A DNA stretch of 63,690 nucleotides, the filler included, from Olpidium bornovanus S191 (taxonomy: Eukaryota; Fungi; Olpidiomycota): assembly GCA_017911155.1 (NCBI GenBank). It is 26 parts of 26 records of this genome, joined end to end, with 100 filler letters (N's around TTAATTAATTAA, not from the genome) between each part and the next. Parts side by side here need not be neighbours in the genome. Positions count along the whole stretch, not along the records: positions 36,695 to 39,106 come from JAEFCI010005477.1; positions 39,207 to 40,331 come from JAEFCI010005879.1; positions 40,432 to 42,403 come from JAEFCI010005812.1; positions 42,504 to 44,800 come from JAEFCI010005711.1; positions 44,901 to 46,935 come from JAEFCI010002059.1; positions 47,036 to 48,910 come from JAEFCI010009453.1; positions 49,011 to 52,706 come from JAEFCI010003875.1; 19 more parts are not named here. The stretch is one strand, 5' to 3'. Below the pieces are notes generated by a model that worked only from the letters and a program-made list of their open reading frames with translations, did no database searches and had not been told where the DNA came from. The position numbers and the translations under genes were made by a program. Numbering within the stretch: the first letter of the stretch is position 1; each line of letters begins with the position of its first letter. This document shows positions 38,283 through 50,859 of the stretch, piece by piece.

Positions 38283-38520
38283 TGACAACCGGCGGAGCTT
38301 CACGCAACGCATTTCCTAGTGAGCCGCGAGAGCGCCTGTGACAACCCCGGCCGAAGAAATGCAACCTCCCAAATCTGCTGGGCCAACATCTCCCTGACTA
38401 TGCATAATTATGCCAGGTCAGCATGGAAGAACAACCATGGACCTTCGCACAACGCATTTTCTAGTGACCCGCAAAAGCAAGTGTGACAACCATGACCAAA
38501 GAAGTTCAACCCCCAAAACT
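38283..38520 (+). repeat. Diverged direct repeat, two copies of about 90 bp, about 145 bp apart
   Basis: cacgcaacgcatttcctagtgagccgcgagagcgcctgtgacaacc versus cgcacaacgcattttctagtgacccgcaaaagcaagtgtgacaacc. Confidence 0.7.
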
Positions 38521-40431
38521 CCTCCGGCAGCAACGCCTCGACAATGCATGATGTCCGCCATTTGCCTGCTTTCAGCAATTGACAGACTTGCCACCCACAC
38601 GAACCAGTACGGAAAGGGAAGTCAACCCGATGCGATTCCGCATGCCGTCAACTGGGTGTCTTACCCGTAGTCGACTTTGCGCAAATTCGCAGAACTGACA
38701 AGCCCAAGGGGCAGTACTTCGATGAAGCGACAAACGCCTTCGCATTGTGGAGTACTCGCGAAACTGGTAGAGAATATTTTTGGCATGTATACGGCCGATG
38801 ATTCCTCCGCGTGAAGGGCGATGTTTTCCGCGGATGAGTCTTGCTACCCTACGGGCCAGCTTCTAAAATCTCGGAGGATCCGTCGTGAGAATTTGTGCCG
38901 ATTGGAACTCTGCGTCTGCCGTTTGCAAATTGCTCCAGTTGGGCCGTATACTGGCGGAAATGGTCCAGCTGCCGTGCCAGCGGTTTGTCGTTCGCAGGAT
39001 TGGGCTCAAAGGTTGAAAGGCACGTTTGGAAGGGTGAGGTTGTGAGAAAAAATGCCGTAGTCGTTAGTGCGTTGCTACCTTGGAACGGTCAAACGTTGTG
39101 TGCATGNNNNNNNNNNNNNNNNNNNNNNNNNNNNNNNNNNNNNNNNNNNNTTAATTAATTAANNNNNNNNNNNNNNNNNNNNNNNNNNNNNNNNNNNNNN
39201 NNNNNNCATGCGGGCTTGCTACAGTGCGCCCCCTCCCGCCCGCGCAAAACTTGGTTCAGCTAGGGTACCCGAGGGGCGACCGGCAGTAATATGGCTGCAG
39301 CAAAACAAAAGAAATTGTAAAATCCCTTTTGCCGTCAGCGTGAAATTAAAGGAGATGCCCGTCGCACATTCGGGCCAGGGGCACATTCGGGTCAGGGGGA
39401 AAGTGGGGCGAGCGGGGGTGGAGTGCTAGGTCGAGACTGCGACTATCCACGTGTGCTAGGGTTATCCTGGTATTTTCCTTGGCTTCCGAGCAAAACAGGT
39501 GAGTTTTAAATTTATGATGAACACTGACAAGGAAGAAGCCCCTGGAATTTTGTTCTGAGTTTATTGGCCTATTCCCGTGGGGTGTCCCGTTCCAGCGTGT
39601 ATCTTTGCGGAGGGGGCTCTGCTGGGTGGGGAGCTCCCTTTTCTGGTGTGCGCCGCTTGCTCTTCGAAGGGTGGTTCCGCCATAGCCCGTTAAACGGGGG
39701 AAGACGACGGGCACATGCTATGCCGGCAAAGAAGGGGGGCGATGTGCTGGGGGACGCTTCGCAGGTAACCCTAGGGCCCGAGGCGAGCATAGGGAATAGG
39801 AGGATGGGTGTATAGGTGGGTGCGGGCCTGTATACTAGTTAGGTAGATAAGTGGCAGACGGCTGCTCCTTCGCGCTCCGTTCTCCTGGCCACCGCGCTAC
39901 GTCCACAATTACCGTCTCTTCTGGGAGGGAGAGGCAAGACGGGACGATGCAGGCTTTGGAACAGAGTAGCCGCGTTGGGCTCATAAGCTGTTGTTCGTTT
40001 TATTCGTTTCGGAGGACGGAAGGGGGGTTAGGTTGTGTTTACGGCGCTGATATAGGTGTAGTATGCCTAACAATACACTTGCCAGTGTGCCCATTTCGTT
40101 CCAGGGGAAATAATTTTCGAGCCAGGCTGCGGCGATCATTTTGAGCGGAGAAGGTAAAACCGGGCTTGCCTCGATGCGTGGTCGACGTAAGGCGTGGTCG
40201 ACGTAAGTTGCAGCGTAGAGCTTCCCGGAGATTCTCGGAGGAACGGTCTGTGGTAGTCCACGTTGAAATGCGTCCCAAAAGCACGGGCCGTTGAGGACGG
40301 CGGGTGAGGAATGCGACACAGTTTCCCCATGNNNNNNNNNNNNNNNNNNNNNNNNNNNNNNNNNNNNNNNNNNNNTTAATTAATTAANNNNNNNNNNNNN
40401 NNNNNNNNNNNNNNNNNNNNNNNNNNNNNNN

Positions 40432-41074
40432 GGGAGAAAGAGATGAGGGGGGAGGAGGGTGCGCGTTGCGGGAGTTCATGCCAACCTTCCGGCGGGGACG
40501 CAGCAGGCTGGTCGTCAGCGACCGCCCGTTGCACTTCTGCGTGGTGGGATCGACGGTCTCGGCGTCCGCAAGGCACGCGGCAAGGACGAACGCGCCCGTC
40601 CAGCAGGCAACGTACGCCCCCGTCCGCGCCAAGCCACCGGCGGCGCGGTCCGCGGCTGCTAGCGCTGCCGACAGCCTTAATCGGCAAAGCGCCGACCACA
40701 CCGCGGACCGCCTCCGCCGGTTAGCCGCGCCCCGCTGGGAGGACAAGCTTCTCCAGAACCGGATCCGCGGCGGCGACCGCTCTCCGGAAGTGCTCGCGGC
40801 AGGCGTTGCGCAGCCGGCCGCGAAGTGAGCCGCGGCCGGCTGCCGCTGCGGGCTCCAGGTCCTTGCGGGTCGGCGGGGGTGGGGAAAGCCGCGTCGCAGC
40901 GCTTCGTTCTTTGGACGGCTTGGTCGCAGTAACCTGATTGCCTTCAACGTCCTCGTACGGCGAGTCCGCATCGATCCGATCACCTTCGAGGAGCCGGCTC
41001 GATCCCTTCTGTCCCGTGCGGCCTGCGGTGTCAAGAGCTGCGCACGGACGAGCGCTCATCTCCTCCGTCGTCAT
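40432..41074 (-). CDS. Unidentified coding fragment, possibly a membrane protein
   Basis: GC-rich open frames including hydrophobic GAYVACWTGAFVLAACLADAETVDPTTQKCNG; no family recognised. Confidence 0.25.
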
Positions 41075-41673
41075 GTCACGAGCTCCGGATGCATGTGACC
41101 AGCGGTGTCAATCAGAAAAACATTTCCGGGGTTGCTCCAGCCGGCGGGCGCTCAACGTTTGCGGCACCGACGGTGAAGTTCCCCCGCTGTTCCCGCCCCC
41201 TTCCTCCTTCCTCCACCGCCCAACCCTCCCCCCACCCGGCCGCCGGCCGCCCCCGCCCCCGGGCGAGCCCCCGCCAGGGTATAAAAGGCGCCGCTCTCTG
41301 GCCCCGAGCCCACCTCCCTCCAGCTCGCTTTGGCTCCAAAACGCGCACTGTAGGATACAAAAACACACCCAAAAGTACGTGAAAAAGGCACCGAAGAGAA
41401 ACGCTACCCCCTGCAGGCCGAAAGCCGCCCTCTTATACACCGAGCATATGGTCGTGCTCACGAGGGCGGCCCACCGCAAGCTCGGGCTGCGGCCAGTGCA
41501 GCGCTGCGACAACCCGGGAAGGCCCACCCAGGGTAAGACCCGCGTCTCTTTCCTTCTTCTCCCTTTTTTTCCCTTTCCTCGGCGCGCCGGCGGGGACGTT
41601 CTGAACGCGTCAAGAGGAACTTCCCCGGTCGCTATCAGAAGCGTGTCGACCGAGAACCTCCCCGGTCGCTTAG

Positions 41674-41674
41674 A

Positions 41675-41746
<72 letters not shown>

Positions 41747-41915
41747 CTCTCTCTCTCTGTCTCTCTCTCCCTCTCTCTCTTTCTTTTTTTCTCTCGCGCG
41801 CGGGCGCGCTCTTCTGCTGCGCCCTCTCTCTGCTCTCTGCTCTCTGTGCTCTCTCTGCTCTCTGTGCTCTCTCTGATCTCTGTGCTCTCTCTGCTCTCTC
41901 TGCTCTCTCTCTCTC
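41674..41915. repeat. (CT)n and compound CTCTCTG/CTGTG microsatellite
   Basis: Visible dinucleotide and derived short-unit repeats. Confidence 0.9.
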
Positions 41916-41997
41916 CCTGCTTTTTTCTTCTTCCGGGCTCTCTCGCTTGCTGGTTCAAGACAGATAGACGGATGATAGACAGGTAGACAGAGCGGGC

Positions 41998-42152
41998 TTA
42001 GTTTATGCGCATAAAGAGACCGCGGCGGGCACGGGGCGTGTTTCCGGTGAAGTTGTTTTTTTTTGTACTTCTTGGCGGCGCGGATTTGCGACCGTTCAGA
42101 CCGCGTGTTTAGTTTATGCGCATAAACAGACCCCGGCGGGCACGGGGGCGTT
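41998..42152. promoter_or_regulatory. Duplicated ~43-bp motif containing the palindrome TTTATGCGCATAAA
   Basis: ttagtttatgcgcataaa(g/c)agacc(g/c)cggcgggcacgggg at ~41998 and ~42109. Regulatory role is inference. Confidence 0.4.
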
Positions 42153-42503
42153 CGTTGTCGCAGGGAGGTGTGTGTGTGTGTGTGTGTGTGGGATGTGGGC
42201 CCAGGGTCGTGAGGAGGGCCGGGGGGTGAAAATTGGGACGACGACGAGGAGGGAAGTATCCGGACGTGCGTTGGAAATCCAACATGGGTTCTGACCGAGC
42301 AGCGGCAGTTGCAACATCCCCCAGTGTGTTTGGCTCTCTCCGCTGTCAAAAAGAAAATAACAGAAACACACAAGAATGTACGCCGGCGCCCGCCAAATAA
42401 AAANNNNNNNNNNNNNNNNNNNNNNNNNNNNNNNNNNNNNNNNNNNNTTAATTAATTAANNNNNNNNNNNNNNNNNNNNNNNNNNNNNNNNNNNNNNNNN
42501 NNN

Positions 42504-42520
42504 AGAGAGAGAGAGAGAGG

Positions 42521-42612
<92 letters not shown>

Positions 42613-42640
42613 GAGAGAGAGACAGAGAGAGAGAGCGAGA
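42504..42640. repeat. (GA)n microsatellite at contig start
   Basis: Long GA run. Confidence 0.95.
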
Positions 42641-42899
42641 GAGCTCCCCCGCAGATGCGTGCGCGTGTGTTCGTTCGTGCGCGTGTGGCGCGGCGGCGGC
42701 GGCGGCGGGGAAGAGGACGAGGGGGGAGGGAAAGAGGGCCCCCACTCCTCCGCGCGATTTTGCGTGTGTGCGGCTCTCTCTTGTGTTCGGGGAGAGCCTG
42801 TGATGCGAAAAAAAAGAAAAAAAGAAAAAAAAAAAAAAAAAAAAGGGGGGGGGGGGAAGGGAAAACGAAAAGGAAAGAAAAAAAAAAAACACTAGCAAC

Positions 42900-43722
42900 A
42901 TGCACTCCGCTCCGGCCGCGGCAAGCGGAGCGTGGACGCACACGCTGGGCCGCAGCGGCCTGGTCATGCTCGTCTCCCACTGCGCGTTCTTCTCCTTCGG
43001 GTGGGTCTTCGTCCTCGCCAAGCTGTTTCCCGACGACCTGCCGCTGCTTTCGCCTTCCGTCGTCGTCGCGGCCGCGAAGAGAACCGGCGGAGACGGAGGA
43101 GGAGGACGAGGAGGACGAGGAATAGGTGGCTCCGCCGGAGCCGATTTCGCCCAGCCGCCGGGGTCGGGCCGCCCGTCCGCCGCCGGAGCGCCGCTGGCCC
43201 CCGCGACCCTGGTCGCCTTCGGAGTCCAGACGGTGTTCGCCCTCACCTTCAGCCTGTGTTGCGTGCTGTACGAACTCATCTTCCTCGAGATCGGCGACAT
43301 CTTGGACCGAGAGTGCGTTTGTTCGTTCGCGGCTTTTCTTTTTTTCATTTTTTGGTTTTATCACTTTTTTTCGGTTTTCTTTTTTTTTTTTCCCCGTATA
43401 TTTCGTTTCTTCCGATCGCACGTACCGTCAACGGAAAATACCCCCTGCCGTTCCTTTCCGATTGCGTACGCGGACCTGAAGGCAAATCGTACAACTTGCG
43501 CGTCGAAAAAAAATGAACCCCGTCCACCGCCTTCCGCCCCGAAAGCTCTCGGTGGATATTATGGAAGATCAACTTGTACGCAACGCTGTTTCTTGTCGTT
43601 GTGCTCATCCCGCTGTGCCAATTCTACATGCTTGTGTCCAGTCGCCAAGAGGGTCAGTTGCGCTGAACTTAACCGCGGGGCGCGCCGAGATAGAGAGTGA
43701 GAAAGAGAGAGTGCGAGAGAGA

Positions 43723-43766
<44 letters not shown>

Positions 43767-43809
43767 GAGAAAAGCGAGAGAGAGAGAAAAGAGAGAGAGA
43801 GAGAGAGAG

Positions 43810-43853
<44 letters not shown>

Positions 43854-44800
43854 AGAGAGAGAGAGAGAGAGAAAAGAGAGAGAGAGAGAGAACTCCCACG
43901 GCGTCCTTTGCACTTTTCGTATCCCGTGCATCGCAAATTTTTTTACATTCTTTTATTTCTAAACCGTCGCTTTTGACTCGGCGCGACCCCCAGGATTCCC
44001 GCGGAAGCACGCCGGCACGATTTCGGGGTTCCTATGGATGGTATACTTCTACCTCTTCTGGAAGGTCGGAGACTGGTTTCCCATCCACGCGACATCACCT
44101 GGGTTCGCCGATCACGGTAACCGCGCGCGCATCCGAGAGTTCTCCTGACGGTCTTCGCCGGGACTCTGTTCACAACCTTACCTGCCCCACACCCCCCTCT
44201 TTTTTCCCCCCGCCCTGCCCTTTGACGTGGCCACCAGGCATTTTCGCCATCACTCCTCTAATCAGCCGAGTCGGGGTGATCGGTGTTACCATCATGGCCA
44301 CGCTCTCCGGTTTCGGCGCAGTTAATAGTCCTTACACGACCTTGTTCTGGTTTCTGAAGTACGAGGGTTCTTTCTCTTTTTTTTTTCTCTCGCGCTCTCT
44401 ATCTCTCAGTTCTTCAATCTGGTATACTTTTCCACGTGTTTTGCGCATTGCTGTCACATTGCATACATCCAGGCAGGTGACGACGCGCGACATCCGAGCG
44501 GCGGAACGGAAACTGTTGCAAACCGTCGACATGACTCTCAGCATTAAAAAGAGGATCGTGCTGGTGAAGCGGCGCCAGAAGCAGACGCTGGACGTACGAT
44601 CGAAATTCGAATTATGATAGCGACGTGTCCGCGGGTTCGCCCGCGCGCGGAGCTCACAAGCGTTTTGTTGGAGCGCGCCCATGTTATGATCGTACACTAA
44701 AATGCCGTTCCGAAAAATAACAGGATCAAGGATCGAAAGTGGGCGGTTTTGTCCGCCGGATGTTCCATTCCGTGGCGTCGAACATAGGTTTTGGAGGCGA
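42900..44800 (+). CDS. GPR89: Golgi pH regulator / GPR89 (GPHR, GTG-like), multi-exon, 3' truncated
   Basis: SHCAFFSFGWVF, VFALTFSLCCVLYELIFLEIGDIL, WKINLYATLFLVVVLIPLCQFY, FLWMVYFYLFWKVGDWFPI, ISRVGVIGVTIMATLSGFGAVNSPYT, RKLLQTVDM. Confidence 0.93.
43690..43890. repeat. (GA)n microsatellite inside a GPR89 intron
   Basis: About 200 bp of GA repeats between coding exons. Confidence 0.95.
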
Positions 44801-44900
44801 NNNNNNNNNNNNNNNNNNNNNNNNNNNNNNNNNNNNNNNNNNNNTTAATTAATTAANNNNNNNNNNNNNNNNNNNNNNNNNNNNNNNNNNNNNNNNNNNN

Positions 44901-46200
44901 CATCCAGGGGACTACTGTTTGGAGGCACTCCGTCGCGTCGGGGCTATCCCCGCAGGTTGGGCAACAGCTACGCAAGGGGAGACGGCGAAGACCCCATACA
45001 CGATCTGCGCCTGTGCAAAGGGTGCCAAGGCGGACGTTCCGCGATTCAGGCAGGGTCAGGCAGCCACCATTTCACTCGAAAAGGTGCGCTCGGACGTCGT
45101 CACATTTCCGGTGCCTTCACTCGGAGGCGCGCGTTTTGCAGTGACCTTCATAGACGAGGCCACGCCGTATGTTCACGTTTACCTACTGCAGCGCAAAAGC
45201 GAATGCTATGAGAAATTTGCTCTGTTCCTGGTCGGCGCAGAGAGATACCATGGGCGCCACCTGTGGACTTTGCAAACCGACAGGGGAGGGGAGTATCTGA
45301 CCAATGCACGGGCAGACTGTCTCGCCAAACGCGGAATCCGCCATCAAATCACGACGCGAGACTCGCCTCACCAGAATGGCCTAGCGGAGCGCCTGAACCG
45401 GTCACTCGGCGAGAAGACAAGGGCACTCTTGAAACACCACGGAGCTCTGGCAGCTTTCTGGGGGGAAGCCCTTACTACGGCGGTCTACCTCTATCACCGC
45501 CTGCCACACGCTGGTCTAGGTGGAAGGACGCCCCACGCTGCATGGTTTGGGAACAAGGCTACCAACGGAGACGTGGACCACCTACGAGTGTTCGGGTGCC
45601 TGGCGCAGGCACTCATTTTAAAGAAACGGCGCATTGGCGGGAAGCTGGCAGATCGTACAGAGGATGCAATCATGGTAGGGTACGGCGAAGCCAGCAAAGG
45701 GTGGCGCTTGTGGAACCCTCGCACCCGCCGAATCATTTGGAGCAGAGACGTCGTCTTTCATGAAGTCGTCAGCGGCTTCGGCTCCGCGAAAATCCCTCGG
45801 CAGCACGAGGGGGTCTGGGATGACGACAATGCGGCCCCGAGGAGGCGCACAGAGCACATTGACGCCGCAGATGACTCGGATGAATATGAAGAAGCTGTGG
45901 AACAACAACCAGGCGCAGAGGAAGCCGGCCATCAAGAGCCACGCTATCCTCGCCGGGAACATCGACATCCACGTGAGTGTAATCCAGCATACCGCGACGC
46001 TCACCCTGACGAAGTGTGTCTAGTCGAAGCAGAGATTCCGGGAGACCTGAAGACCTTCGAGGAGGCAACAACCGGGCGCGACGCCGCGGAATGGAACGCC
46101 GCGATAGCCAGCGAATTGAAGTCGCTGTCAGACCATGGGACCTGGGATGATGCCCCGCTTCATCCTCCGCCCAGCAAGCACCTCATAGGTTTCGCGTTCT
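44901..46200 (+). mobile_element. Ty1/copia pol fragment: integrase core + SH3-like domain + start of RT, one open frame
   Basis: 445-aa ORF: LEKVRSDV, GGARFAVTFIDE, LQTDRGGEY, SPHQNGLAERLNRSL (D-D-E), HLRVFGCLA, VGYGEASKGWRLWNP..SRDVVFHE, KTFEEA..WNAAIASELKSLSDHGTWD. Confidence 0.95.
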
Positions 46201-46248
46201 TTTCTCTTATATTATGTGAATTTTTGTGGGAGTTACGGGAAAAATATG

Positions 46249-46419
46249 AAGAGTGAAGGTGGGATGTATCTGTGGTCACGTGACTGATTTATCCTCCATG
46301 ACACGCCCTCTTGCTGGGACTATGCAACTTATATGGGAACTGGATTGGGAATATTTAGTGCCGGCAAATCAAAGGATAAATCGGGACTCAGGGTGTGACG
46401 ATATTGACTCCATGTAACA
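46249..46419 (+). mobile_element. Candidate polypurine tract + short 3' LTR (TGT...ACA, 46265-46419)
   Basis: Purine-rich GAAGAGTGAAGGTGGGA directly followed by TGTATC; segment ends TGTAACA; contains palindrome GTCACGTGAC. No second LTR in view. Confidence 0.35.
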
Positions 46420-46568
46420 GAAGTAGGTAAAACGAGGTAGGTCAGAGAGGACCCGCACCGCTCCCTCGCCGCCGGCCATCGCGCCGTCAAATCGTTCGGC
46501 TGTCGTCACCCGCCCCCGTCGACCCCGCCGCCGTCCCCATCCCGCCGTCGCAGTCCCTCGACGCACGG

Positions 46569-46935
46569 ATGGACCTACCGCCGCTTCGCGTCCCCCTGTT
46601 CATCCCCGAACAGGCCGCACCCGACGCCACTCCCGCCGCCACGCCCGCCACGCCCGCCACGCCCGCTGCGCCCGCCGCGCCGGCCGCTTCGTCCGCCCGC
46701 GCCGGACTCGAGGCGAGCCGCCAAAACCCGGCTTCCGCCCCGGCCGTTGACGCTCTCCTTCGACAGCAGAAGCTGGCTGGCCTCGCTGAGTGGCGCGCTT
46801 CGATCGTTGCCCGCGTCGGTGCTGTTACCGCGGCTGCCCTTTTAACCGACGTTGACGCCGCCCTTCCCGCCATCGTCGACGACCCGTCCTTTTCGTTGCA
46901 GGAGTTGAGTGTTACCTGCGCCTCGCTCGACGAGC
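46569..46935 (+). CDS. Ala/Pro-rich ORF running off the contig, possible retrotransposon gag or host gene start
   Basis: MDLPPLRVPLF..(PAT)n..LAEWRASIVARVG; no family recognised. Confidence 0.3.
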
Positions 46936-47335
46936 NNNNNNNNNNNNNNNNNNNNNNNNNNNNNNNNNNNNNNNNNNNNTTAATTAATTAANNNNNNNNN
47001 NNNNNNNNNNNNNNNNNNNNNNNNNNNNNNNNNNNAGCTTCTCCGGTGAAACGGGAGTGTCCCTGCCTTTGCAACGAGAGGGATTAGATATGAACGTCGC
47101 AAACATCCAGTAGTTCCGCTTGGCGGGCCTGGGGACCGAGATGCGTCCCGACATGGCCGCCAAGCATCGCGCGGCCAAGGCCGCATGAGTTCGCCCCGCT
47201 GGTTTCGTGAAGTCGATGGAGAATCACAAAGGTGGCGCGTGCCAGCAGAGGTCGCCCGGGCGGCGGGGCGAAAGAGGGTGAGTGCAAGTTGGACGCGGCT
47301 AAATTTTTTATTTTTATTAATGTCTTTTTTCTTTT

Positions 47336-47367
<32 letters not shown>

Positions 47368-47534
47368 CGCTGTCCGAGCCGAGATGGCGGCGGTGGCGGC
47401 GGCGGCGGCAGAACGAGGAAAACCAGGCATCCGCGCACGAAAGCAACGCCACGCACACAATCGTCCCGCCTGCGCCGGTCGGCGCGCGCGATAAAGAGAG
47501 AAGGCGCCGCCGCGCCGCCGCTTCGCTTTCCGCC

Positions 47535-48910
47535 ATGTCGCTGTTCCACGCCTACAACACCGGCGACCTGTCGGTGCTGCGGAGGCTCGTCCTGCAGTTG
47601 GACCGCGCCCGCGGATTGGGTGCCGCCCCAGCGACCGGCGGCCGCCCGTCGCCCCCCTCCGTCCGGCGGAGCGGCCGGAGCTGCGCCGCCCCGCCGCCTG
47701 AGCGCTGCGCTCCGGCGATCCAGGCGGCCGCGGCCGCCGCCGCCGCACCTCCCCGCCCGTCGAAGCACAGCGCGGCGGCCGGCGTTCTGGAAGGCGTCCG
47801 CCAGATAAACCGCGCCGACGCCCGCGGGCGCACGCTCCTCCACGTCGCCGCGGCCCAAAACAACGTTGCCGTCGTCGCCATCCTGATACAGTGTCCCGAC
47901 GTCGACGTCAACTTGCAGGACGCAGAGAGCGGTTGGACGGCACTGCATAGGTACGGCGAGCGGGCGAACGCGCGTTTGCGGTTGGACGAGAGGAGGGCGG
48001 CGGGGGAGCCGGGTGAGAAGAAGGGGTGGGGGTGGGGGGTGGTGGTGTTCCGCATCGCCGACCCCCTGACGCGTTTGCGGATCAGGAACGTGCCAGAGCC
48101 CCACTGCCGTGAAGACCTCTGTGGCAAGCGAGCGTTGAAGCGCTCGACGTGAGCGATTGTCCTGATCGGACCGCGCTGTTCCCGTAGATCTCTGTACCAC
48201 GGAAATATTGCGATCGCAAGGTTGTTGATGCAGCGCGAAGATTTGGACCTGCAAATCGAGGTGGGAACGGAATTTGCTTCTAGGGTTGTCGGCTGATACT
48301 GTGCTAACACTCGTGCTTCGACGCTTAGGACAAGGAGGGCCTGACTGCGTTCGACCTTCTAAACACTACCATTCAAGGGACGAGCCAGCTTGATCAGGAT
48401 CCCAATTCTTCGAATGCAGGCCACGACACGGTGCGCAACTTATACACCTGGGGAAAGAATGCCAACGCCAACCTCGGCCACAGCGATTCGGATGACCGCG
48501 CATATCCGGATCGTGTGCACCTCGAGCGCAACGCCGACGGCGGCCCGTACGTAATCGGGAAGCAAATATCCGGGCCCAGGTCTACCTTTCAGCTTTGCCA
48601 CTGCGATTCGGTCTTGGGTGTCGTATTCTCGAAATACCACGCGGCCGTCGTCACGGGCCACACGGGGAACAACCTGTACACTTGCGGCTTCGGCAACGAC
48701 GGCCGCCTCGGGACCAGCACGAACACGCAGTTTGTCCCCAGGCTGGTAACGGCGTGTCCCGACGTTTTCGGGGACACTCTCGTGCACGCAAAGCACGTCG
48801 CTCTAGGGAACGACCACACCGTGGTTGTGACCAGCGCCGGAGACGTTCTGACCTTTGGTCGAAATCAGTATGGTCAATTGGGTGAGTAGTGGAACCTGCA
48901 ATGGCTCGCC
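47535..48910 (+). CDS. Ankyrin + RCC1-repeat protein, IBTK / S. pombe Btb1-like, 5' part
   Basis: DARGRTLLHVAA, DVNLQDAESGWTALHR|SLYHGNIAIARLL, DKEGLTAFDLL, LYTWGKNANANLGH, NLYTCGFGNDGRLG, VALGNDHTVVVTSAGDVLTFGRNQYGQLG. Confidence 0.88.
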
Positions 48911-50601
48911 NNNNNNNNNNNNNNNNNNNNNNNNNNNNNNNNNNNNNNNNNNNNTTAATTAATTAANNNNNNNNNNNNNNNNNNNNNNNNNNNNNNNNNN
49001 NNNNNNNNNNCCCCCCCCCCCCGCGATGCGTCGATTTTTTTCCGAAGGATACCCCACCGCAATAGAATGGGAGTCGACCAAGTGCTATTACTCGGACTGC
49101 GACTGCGTCGACGACATGTGTCCGGAGGTCTGCACTGACATGTCGAAATGTGACCTTCGGGTGCGTTGTCTTTTCATCTCCCGGTGTGGAACGGCTCAGA
49201 ACGACTGCGGCGGGAAGACCGCAGCGTTTGCGCCAAGTCCTAACATTCTATTATCATCATCATTCGTCCGCGCAGGTGTACATCGGTTGGGCGGGGACGG
49301 ACCGAGTGGGCGACATCCTGAACAGCGCATCAGTGAGTCCGCGGGCGGTATCTGCGAAAGAAGGACTCGCTCAATAAAACGGAAACCGCGAGGTGCAAAC
49401 TTTACGCGGCACCTAACCCCTCGCACGTCCTCAATCCTCCTCCTCCCCGCCTTCCCTCTTCCATTTTCCATCCCCCCACCCCTGCCAGCTGAGCATCTAC
49501 CGGTTCCAGGTACGTAAATTTACCGCCCACCTCCTCCTTCGCCCCCTTCCTTCTCCTCCGTCGAGTTTCGCGCTCGCCACGCGCAAACAAACTAAAAACA
49601 CGCTGACGTCACACCCACGCAGAACGTGATCTAGATCTCCGGGGAGCGATGCGAACGAACCCCGTCGCACGTTCGTCCTCTGCTTACCTCTCTTCTTCTG
49701 CATCTATTGCCTGCTACCGCCTTCTTCCCTCTCTCCCTCTTCTTCTCTCCTCACTCGCAACCCCCGTTACCTTTCTCCCCTTTTCCTACCTCGTTCAGTT
49801 TCCTCCCCTTGTTCGTCATTGTGGTGCGTTCCGTGGAGTTCACCCTCGCGTGTTCGTCACGGAACGAGTCCGCCGAGGCGCCAAAATTCGACGAGCCGTC
49901 CGACGCCATTTTACCCGGGACGAACAAAAGTCGGTCCGGGAAGTTGGGACGCGAACCGGACCGAGCGGGACCCAGGGCGAAGGGGTATTTTCGAAGAGCA
50001 CATGTCCGTCCTCGCATACCAACTGCGGGACGGGAGGCACGGAGGCGGTCATCGCGCGAGGCCAAGCGCTGTTAGAACTCCCCCGCCCGTCCCCCTCCCG
50101 GCGCTCCGCGCGCCGGAATCTCGATTCTGCTTGAAAATCTTTGACGTTTTCCTGGTCGCGGGAAATGAAACCGGCCCAAAAGTCCGCCTATTTCGGCCGA
50201 AGCGTGTTGGCTTTGGCGGGTTTGCCGCCGCGGAGCGCTACGCGGCGCGCGTTTCTTCTGTGCGCCTTTCGCCTGTCGTAAGGTGGGCTCCGATCGCGTC
50301 TCAACTTCTGTCCGGGAGCGGCACCCGACGGCGTCCTTTCCCTAACTGGCACTTCCGGAACGCCTGACGGCTCGGCCGCAAATCGACGGAAACTGTAGCT
50401 GTTCACCACCCGCGCTATGCAATTCTGATTGGGGCCGATCCTCTTCTGGCCCGCTTTTTGGCTTCGGCAGATCAAATCGAAAACGCGTTTAGACAGGGAA
50501 AGAAAGCGTTTAAGTATCGTCTCGTATCTCTTTTCTCGGCAAGGCCCCCATGGGCGTGCTGCTGTTTGGGAATGGGAAGAGGAGACGCTCTCTCTCTCCG
50601 C

Positions 50602-50662
<61 letters not shown>

Positions 50663-50859
50663 CGCGATGGGCGCACGCAAGCACCCTTCCCCGCGTGAAA
50701 AGTGCGCATGACGGGAGGCGGGGCTGCGCTGCCCGACCGAGCAAGGAAGGGGGGGAAAAAAAAAAAAGAAAAAAAATTTCCTTCCCTTACTCCGCCGAGA
50801 CTCCCCCCACACGGAAGTCGCTCGCTGCCGAAAGCGTCGAGAGCCCTGTGAAACCGCCC

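Noticed and set aside
38620-39060. QPDAIPHAVNWVS resembling copia TRPDI.HAVN.VS
   Set aside because: Single weak motif with no supporting downstream RNase H signature.
49026-50065. Possible minus-strand multi-exon gene
   Set aside because: Low-complexity peptides with no family match; exon phases could not be confirmed.
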